DNA of 64,000 bases from an uncultured Chloroflexia bacterium (lineage in GTDB: Bacteria; Chloroflexota; Anaerolineae; B4-G1; SLSP01): the NCBI GenBank assembly GCA_963751345.1, contig CAVVUS010000014.1, positions 160,001 through 224,000 on the forward strand, in the 5' to 3' direction. A model generated the notes under the pieces. The model was not told the DNA's origin, searched no databases, and was given only the letters and a program-made list of their open reading frames with translations. The translations under genes were made by a program, and so were the position numbers. Of the stretch, positions 58,161-64,000 are shown one piece after another. The first letter of the stretch is position 1; every line of letters begins with the position of its first letter.

Positions 58161-59525
58161 TTAGGTCGAGGGTAGAGATGGGGGTCCTGCAGCCGGCTCC
58201 TGGACTTCGAGGTAGGGTCGCGGATTGACCCAATCCTGCAGAGCGGGCACGTGGAGCCCCTCGACACGCATTCCCAGGTGCAGATGCGTCCCGGCAGGAT
58301 CTCCCGCCGGATCGATCAACCCAAGCAAATCTCCTCTCGAGACCAGCGTGCCAATCGACACCTCGATCGTCGAGAGATGTGCGTATAAAAGCGTGATCTC
58401 TTCCCCTCCGGGTCCATAGCTGCGCACTCGAACGTGATAACCATAGCCATCTCGATCCAGCGCAACCTGCGTTACGGTGCCGGCGAGCGACGCGCAGATC
58501 GGGCTTGGCCCGGTCGACGCGTCGGCCAAGCCGAGGTCAACTCCGTTGTGCCCCCCGACCATCCCGTAGGTTTGGTAGTAGGTCTCCTGCTCCTGACCAA
58601 ACACGCGCTCGTAGTGGCGGGATGGTGTGGGCCAGAGCAATGGCATCTGCTGCGGGTCCGGTAGCCTGGGCCGGTTGGCGACTGCCGAGATGACATCCCG
58701 AGGCGTCCCGTCGGTATCCAGCCACGCGATAGGATCGAGCCGTGGATCTCGCGAGCGGAACGGGAAACCGCACGCACCCAGCACACGATCGTACTGGGCG
58801 GTCAACGTCAGGAACTCCGCATACTCACGACCCCGCCGGACAGGAGAGACGCCGGGATCTAGGTCGGCAAACTCGGTCACGATGCAGTCTCGCTGTGGGG
58901 AAGCGTCAAGATACGCCCTTAGAAACCACATAGCACCTTCATACTCACGCATCTCGTCGAGCGAGCGCCAGTAGATATGGAGGGCGACCCAGTCGGCGCT
59001 GTCAAGTGCACCTGCACATTGGTGAAGGAACACGACATCATCGCCGACCGTTGCGACATCCGGATGCGGCCGCCCGACGGCAACAAGCGCAGGAAAACCG
59101 ATCTTGACATCGTAGCCGAATCGGCCGTGTAGACACCGCACGACCTCGCCAAACCATGCCGAGAAGGCCGCTCCATCCTCCCAAGAACGTGTGAGACCGC
59201 GATCGACCCGGTTTGGCTCATCGTGAATCTCGAGGAAGCGCGCGCCGGCATCCAGGAATAGCCCGATTTGGCTTGAGAACTCATCAACGAAAGCCGACGG
59301 GGTCACGGCCTGCCTTGCCGGCGTGGGGCTCAACAGGTGGAGCACAAAGCTATCGGCTCCGGCGTCGCGCCACTTTTGGAGATCCGACACCGGATTGACG
59401 TGGCATCTTAGCCGGACCATGGGCCTATCGGCGCCCGCCAATCCGCTCGCGTAAGCGACGAGATCCGCTCGCCGCACCGGACCTGCCGGGGCAACTACGC
59501 CCGGCGCGGCGTGGCCTACACTCAA
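58161..59525 (-). CDS. M23 metallopeptidase domain protein with an N-terminal glycoside-hydrolase-like region
   Basis: HNGVD (HxxxD), GYGYHV, YAHL, HLH; N-terminal EIHDEPN...VTEF. Confidence 0.75.
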   Translation of the reverse strand: MSVGHAAPGVVAPAGPVRRADLVAYASGLAGADRPMVRLRCHVNPVSDLQKWRDAGADSFVLHLLSPTPARQAVTPSAFVDEFSSQIGLFLDAGARFLEIHDEPNRVDRGLTRSWEDGAAFSAWFGEVVRCLHGRFGYDVKIGFPALVAVGRPHPDVATVGDDVVFLHQCAGALDSADWVALHIYWRSLDEMREYEGAMWFLRAYLDASPQRDCIVTEFADLDPGVSPVRRGREYAEFLTLTAQYDRVLGACGFPFRSRDPRLDPIAWLDTDGTPRDVISAVANRPRLPDPQQMPLLWPTPSRHYERVFGQEQETYYQTYGMVGGHNGVDLGLADASTGPSPICASLAGTVTQVALDRDGYGYHVRVRSYGPGGEEITLLYAHLSTIEVSIGTLVSRGDLLGLIDPAGDPAGTHLHLGMRVEGLHVPALQDWVNPRPYLEVQEPAAGPPSLPST

Positions 59526-60298
59526 GGGGATGCGCCCTCGATGAAACAGACCAGGCCATTGGCAATGCCCTGGGCCACAACGTTCGGGCGTTGGGTCAAC
59601 AACTCCCGATCATCGAGCATGAAACCAAGCTCGATGATCGCCGCCGGCGTGTTGGGATCTATCTCGTAGTAGGCGTGATAACGTCGCATATCGTACGTGA
59701 TCGTGTAGGGGTCAAAAGCCAGACCGGTCGCCTCTGCATAGTAACGACTCACGCAATCGACAAGCCGGTCCTCAGGGTCAGGAATATAGCTGGATTCAGC
59801 ACGCGCCATCTTGAAGCCGGAACGCCCCTCCACATTGCAGGAATCCGAATGGATGGAGAGCAGCGCATCTGCCTGGAAGCCCTGCAGGCGCGCATCGAAC
59901 TCCTCAAGTTGCTCCACCTCCCAACCGCGTGCCGCCAGCAAGGCCACTACGCGCCGTGCGACGTCCGAGTTGATATCAACCTCCTGGAGTCCGTCGTCAC
60001 AGACTGCGCCGCTGTCGCTGCCGGTATGTCCGGCAATGATACCGACGTGCGGGACGGTGGGCGTTGGGGTGAACTGGGGTACCGGCGTCGTCGTGGGCGT
60101 AGGCACTTCCGTACGGAGGGGGATAACAATTGGGCCCTCTACCTGGGTAAGCTCCCCACTCTCATCCGTCGCCACGGCCACGATGGGAACCAGGCCTGTG
60201 GGCACTGTGAAGGCCGCGATAAAGGCAAGAAATACCACCACACGGACCGCCCAGCCCATTGCCCACGGATCGGAATCCGTCTTCCTTTTTATTGGCAT
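59522..60298 (-). CDS. N-acetylmuramoyl-L-alanine amidase (Amidase_3)
   Basis: IIAGH, LQE, LLSIHSD, AAIIELGFM zinc/catalytic motifs; N-terminal TM plus PT linker. Confidence 0.85.
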   Translation of the reverse strand: MPIKRKTDSDPWAMGWAVRVVVFLAFIAAFTVPTGLVPIVAVATDESGELTQVEGPIVIPLRTEVPTPTTTPVPQFTPTPTVPHVGIIAGHTGSDSGAVCDDGLQEVDINSDVARRVVALLAARGWEVEQLEEFDARLQGFQADALLSIHSDSCNVEGRSGFKMARAESSYIPDPEDRLVDCVSRYYAEATGLAFDPYTITYDMRRYHAYYEIDPNTPAAIIELGFMLDDRELLTQRPNVVAQGIANGLVCFIEGASP

Positions 60299-60325
60299 TT
60301 GTCCCCATACACCCCTGGATAGCGC

Positions 60326-61114
60326 CTAGCGCATACGGCGCTTCCACTCATCCTTGATCTGGATCTGGCCCCAGTCGTCTCGATGAGTCAGGAAGTCGCG
60401 CAGCAGCCGGCTGAACTTATTCGCCTCGTCCAACATAGGATAGTGCTGGGCCCCGTCAAAGACAAATGAATATACGTTGCGCCCCAACATCGCCAGTGAT
60501 CCCTCATCCGGCGGAGAGATGATGGGATCATCCTGTCCGCTGACGAGAAGGATTGGAAGATCCTGATCCCGGAGCATTTTAACCAGATCCGCCGCAAGCA
60601 CCGAGCGCACACTCCGTACCACAGCTTCCCCGTCGGTCTTTGCAGCTTCCATATCCACTTCTTCGTAGGATTTGAGCCGCCGCCCCAGGATCACCTTCGC
60701 CGGGTTGTCACCACCGCTATAGCTTGCCAGAGCGCGTGTGATACCCTCACCCGACAGAGGGACACTGACCGCCATCACCTGATCCACGCGGTCAGCATGA
60801 GCCATAGCGAAAGAGATCGCAACAACTCCGCCGAGGCCGTGACCGATGATGGGCACCCGCCCGATCCCCATCTGATCCAGGAACAGCTCAACCTGGGCGA
60901 CGTAACCCGGGATATCGTAACGACCGGCAACTCTGTCCGAGTCACCGAATCCCCAGAAATCGAGGGCGTATGCCCGATAGGATGACGACAGCTCGACCAT
61001 CGTGGGCACCCAGTAGCGCCAGGAACCCAGCCAACCGTGCAGAAAGAGCAAGGGCCGACCCCGGCCCAATGCCTCATAGTGCACCAGGCTGCTCTCAAGG
61101 ATAATGGCGCTCAT
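60326..61114 (-). CDS. Alpha/beta hydrolase fold protein lacking the nucleophile Ser
   Basis: FLHGWLGS, DFWGFGDS, GHGLGG at the elbow, GQDD, QHYP. Confidence 0.85.
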   Translation of the reverse strand: MSAIILESSLVHYEALGRGRPLLFLHGWLGSWRYWVPTMVELSSSYRAYALDFWGFGDSDRVAGRYDIPGYVAQVELFLDQMGIGRVPIIGHGLGGVVAISFAMAHADRVDQVMAVSVPLSGEGITRALASYSGGDNPAKVILGRRLKSYEEVDMEAAKTDGEAVVRSVRSVLAADLVKMLRDQDLPILLVSGQDDPIISPPDEGSLAMLGRNVYSFVFDGAQHYPMLDEANKFSRLLRDFLTHRDDWGQIQIKDEWKRRMR

Positions 61115-61175
61115 CGCATGAGTTCACACGTCGAAAGGTTGACCCGCCCGCACGTTCAAGCGGCGATCACCCTCA

Positions 61176-61562
61176 TCAGAGGCTCCGACCCTTCTCAGTA
61201 TCCCCCAGGACACGCTCGACTTGCTCCGTGAGGTCGTCCGGTGCAAAAGGCTTGAGGATGTAGTCAACCGCGCCCACGTCGAGCCCCTCTTGGATCTCGC
61301 TCTCCTGTCCCTTTGCCGACAGGAAGATCACAGGCACATCCTTGGTCTCGGCTCGCTTCTTCAGCGCTTCACAGGCCTGATAGCCCGTCATCCTGGGCAT
61401 TCGCACGTCCATAAGAATCAGATCGGGATTGACCTCAAGCGCTTTCTCGACAGCCTCCGCTCCGTTTGCGACCAGGACCACCTCATGGCCTGCGAACTGG
61501 AGCGTGAAGGCAATCAGCTCCCGGATGTCACGCTCATCTTCAGCAACCAGGATCTTCGCCAT
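61176..61562 (-). CDS. Single-domain response regulator
   Basis: KILVAEDE, DLILMDVRMP, FLSAK, KPF. Confidence 0.92.
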   Translation of the reverse strand: MAKILVAEDERDIRELIAFTLQFAGHEVVLVANGAEAVEKALEVNPDLILMDVRMPRMTGYQACEALKKRAETKDVPVIFLSAKGQESEIQEGLDVGAVDYILKPFAPDDLTEQVERVLGDTEKGRSL

Positions 61563-64000
61563 ACTTGGACTCCTTGTCAGCGCCATTTTCGCTGATTTCA
61601 GCATAGACATCAGCCGCCAGCTCGTCCACGGAGAACGGTTGTGGCACGAAGCGGATACCGGTCTGATCCTTCAGCTTTTCCTGTAGTTCTGCAGCCTGAC
61701 TCTGCGCAGCAATGTCGGACCCATAGGTCACCACCACCGGGACCTTGGACGTTCTACGATCCCGCCTGAGGCGATCCAGGAATAGATACCCGTCGATGTC
61801 CGTCAGTGCAAGGTCAAGCACCACCATCGCAGGGCACAGATGACGGGCCAGCCCGAGCGCTCGCTCCCCACGCATTGTCGCCCTCACCGCGATGCCCCTC
61901 GTCCGTAGAGCTGAACGCAGTTGGTCCAGCGATTCACCGGTGCCGCCGGCCAACAGGACCACTTCGTGTGGTCGCAGGTTGCGTCGAATGACATCAAGGA
62001 GTTTCTGCTCATCCAGCGGCTTATTGAGGTAGTCGAATACGCCTAATGCTCGCCCACGGTCGCGGTCCGAGACCACCGAGACGATGGCCACCGGGATATC
62101 AGCGGTCTCCGGATCTCGCTGGAGCAACTGCAACACCGCAAGGCCATCAAGATCCGGAAGACGGATATCCAGCGAGATGAAATCAGGAAGCTTCTCACGC
62201 GCCATCTGCAGCGCCGCCTCACCTGAGGCAGCTTTCAGCACCTTCATGCCCTCTGACTCGAGCGTGACCTGAAGCAGCCTGGAAATCTCCGGATCGTCCT
62301 CCACGACTAAGATCGTAGGTACCGGCTCGGTGGTCACCGGTGGAGGCAACACACCCACATCCTCGGTGGGCTCACCTTCTGCAAGAGGAATCGAGAAGGT
62401 GAAAATGCTACCCTTTCCGAGCTCGCTTTCAAGCCAGATGCTGCCCCCGTGCATCTGGATCAGCGAAAGCGTGATAGCGAGTCCCAGGCCGGTGCCCGAC
62501 ACTTCATAGACAGCAGGGTCGTCTTCGACGCGGTAGAACCTCTCGAAGATGCGTTTCTGGTTCTCGGGCGCTATGCCGATGCCCGTGTCTGCCACCGCCA
62601 CGTGTAGTGAAGCCTCGCGGACGTAGGTATAGACAGTAACCCGTCCACCTGCCGGAGTGTACTTGTAGGCATTGCCAATCAGGTTCAGCAGGATTTGTAT
62701 GAGCCGGTCGGGATCTCCATAGACCTTGGGCAACCCCGGGGGAAGAACAGTGAAAAACGTCTGATCCTTCTCCGCGACCCTTGGCTCAACGTCGGCAGCA
62801 ACTTGGGTGATGATCTCTTCCATTGAGACCGGACGGCTCAAGAGCTCGATCCGCCCTTGCTCAATCCGGGAAATATCCAACAGATCGTTGACGAGGTTCG
62901 TCAAGCGGTCCGCATTGGTCTTCACCCGCCTGAGAAACTCCAACTGCATCTCCGGAAAGGTCCCTGCGGCGCCGTTGAGCATCAGATCGACGTAGCCGAC
63001 AATGGAGGTCATAGGCGTCCGGAGCTCGTGAGAGACCGTGGAGACGAAATCGGTTTTCGCTCGATCGGCCTCGATCTCAGAGGTGACATCCCTAAAGACA
63101 GAGACGACCCCAAGGAATTCCCTCGTAGTCGATACCACGGGGGAGATATGGACGCTCACGTAGCGGCGATCAACCGTAAGCCGCCGCGTAAGAATGGCGC
63201 CGGCGGCGTAGCGTTCCGGATACGTACGCCAGTTCACGATCGGCGAAAGCCACTCGTGTACATCACTGCTGAACAATCCCAAGATCTCGGTTTGGTCTCG
63301 TCCTAACGCTTGCTGACGCATAATGGAGAGTATCTTCTCCGCAGCAGCGTTGAAGAGGACAATGTCACCACGCTCATCCGCAACCATCACGCCGTCCGCG
63401 ATATCCTCCAGGATGGCCTGGTCCTTGGCTGCATCGATCTGCTGTGTGCGTAACATCGTGCCGAGCCGCTCCGCTTGCTCGCGGATAAGACGATAGAGTT
63501 CGGCGTTGTTCAGGGCATTTCCCAACTGGACGGCAGCAGCCTCGACCAGACGTAACTGCGCCTCGTCAAAGACGTCTACCAGCGGCGACTCAAATAGGAT
63601 AACGCCAAGCGACTCTCCGGCGCTGCTGACGATGGGAACAGCCATCACCGACAAAGCCGACCCGACCTCCACCAGGCCGAACCGATTCTCGAGGCGTACA
63701 TCAGGAATCACCAACGATGTGCGTTTTTCCAGCACCCACCCCACAAGGCTGGTGCTGCGATCGAAAGCCACCAACCTGCCCCCCGGAGGGATTGGCTCCG
63801 CATGCCCAATCGCCGCGCGGTAGGATAGCTGCCCCGTGCTGTTGTCGAGCAGGATGACAGAACTGCGCGAAGCTCGGACGGCTCGCTGCAGCAGCATCAA
63901 AGCTTGGCTCAACACGAGATCAATATCAAGGCTCGCCACCAGCTCCGAAGCAATATGATAGAGCACCTCGGAACGATCCCGTTGGAAGCGCAGGCGCTCC
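61540..64000 (-). CDS. GAF-PAS hybrid histidine kinase with two receiver-like domains (5' end beyond window)
   Basis: SHELRTP, NLIGNAYKYT, DTGIGI, GTGLGL, ILVVEDD...DIRLP. Confidence 0.92.
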   Translation of the reverse strand, partial: ERLRFQRDRSEVLYHIASELVASLDIDLVLSQALMLLQRAVRASRSSVILLDNSTGQLSYRAAIGHAEPIPPGGRLVAFDRSTSLVGWVLEKRTSLVIPDVRLENRFGLVEVGSALSVMAVPIVSSAGESLGVILFESPLVDVFDEAQLRLVEAAAVQLGNALNNAELYRLIREQAERLGTMLRTQQIDAAKDQAILEDIADGVMVADERGDIVLFNAAAEKILSIMRQQALGRDQTEILGLFSSDVHEWLSPIVNWRTYPERYAAGAILTRRLTVDRRYVSVHISPVVSTTREFLGVVSVFRDVTSEIEADRAKTDFVSTVSHELRTPMTSIVGYVDLMLNGAAGTFPEMQLEFLRRVKTNADRLTNLVNDLLDISRIEQGRIELLSRPVSMEEIITQVAADVEPRVAEKDQTFFTVLPPGLPKVYGDPDRLIQILLNLIGNAYKYTPAGGRVTVYTYVREASLHVAVADTGIGIAPENQKRIFERFYRVEDDPAVYEVSGTGLGLAITLSLIQMHGGSIWLESELGKGSIFTFSIPLAEGEPTEDVGVLPPPVTTEPVPTILVVEDDPEISRLLQVTLESEGMKVLKAASGEAALQMAREKLPDFISLDIRLPDLDGLAVLQLLQRDPETADIPVAIVSVVSDRDRGRALGVFDYLNKPLDEQKLLDVIRRNLRPHEVVLLAGGTGESLDQLRSALRTRGIAVRATMRGERALGLARHLCPAMVVLDLALTDIDGYLFLDRLRRDRRTSKVPVVVTYGSDIAAQSQAAELQEKLKDQTGIRFVPQPFSVDELAADVYAEISENGADKESKYGEDPGC

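Overview
A GC-rich bacterial chromosomal window. Gene content and protein style (Pro/Thr-linker surface proteins, an acidic PDWL-repeat TPR protein, GT39 membrane glycosyltransferase, translin, DegS/DegU-like pair) suggest an anaerobic Chloroflexota (Anaerolineae-like) genome; this taxonomy is an inference. It is mostly housekeeping and metabolic: mutS, uvrB, ricT/PSP1, era, yhhQ, two tRNA-Ala genes, iorAB, galK, an acyl-CoA transferase, fixABCX, ndk, rlmN, a primary sigma-70, tsaC/sua5, sat-cysC, PMM/PGM, ssb and several two-component proteins. I found no integrase, transposase, prophage or CRISPR array. About 15 genes in the first ~46 kb are split by small frameshifts, most likely uncorrected long-read indels. 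The most interesting signals are: (1) a leader-peptide/terminator attenuator upstream of iorAB with rare Ile/Leu codons; (2) a family of REP/REPIN-like AACCTT-n-AAGGTT double palindromes in four intergenic regions; (3) an activase-less glycyl radical enzyme heading a nucleoside-catabolism-like gene run; (4) a plant-like galacturonokinase/GDP-mannose epimerase pair co-located with PAPS synthesis and a sulfotransferase; (5) a DUF3467-translin pair downstream of ssb; (6) an alpha/beta hydrolase lacking its catalytic Ser, sitting between a hybrid kinase/receiver and cell-wall hydrolases; (7) promoter-proximal terminators in the sigma-70 and PMM leaders, plus a structured ricT leader. All family assignments come from motif recognition by eye; no searches were run.
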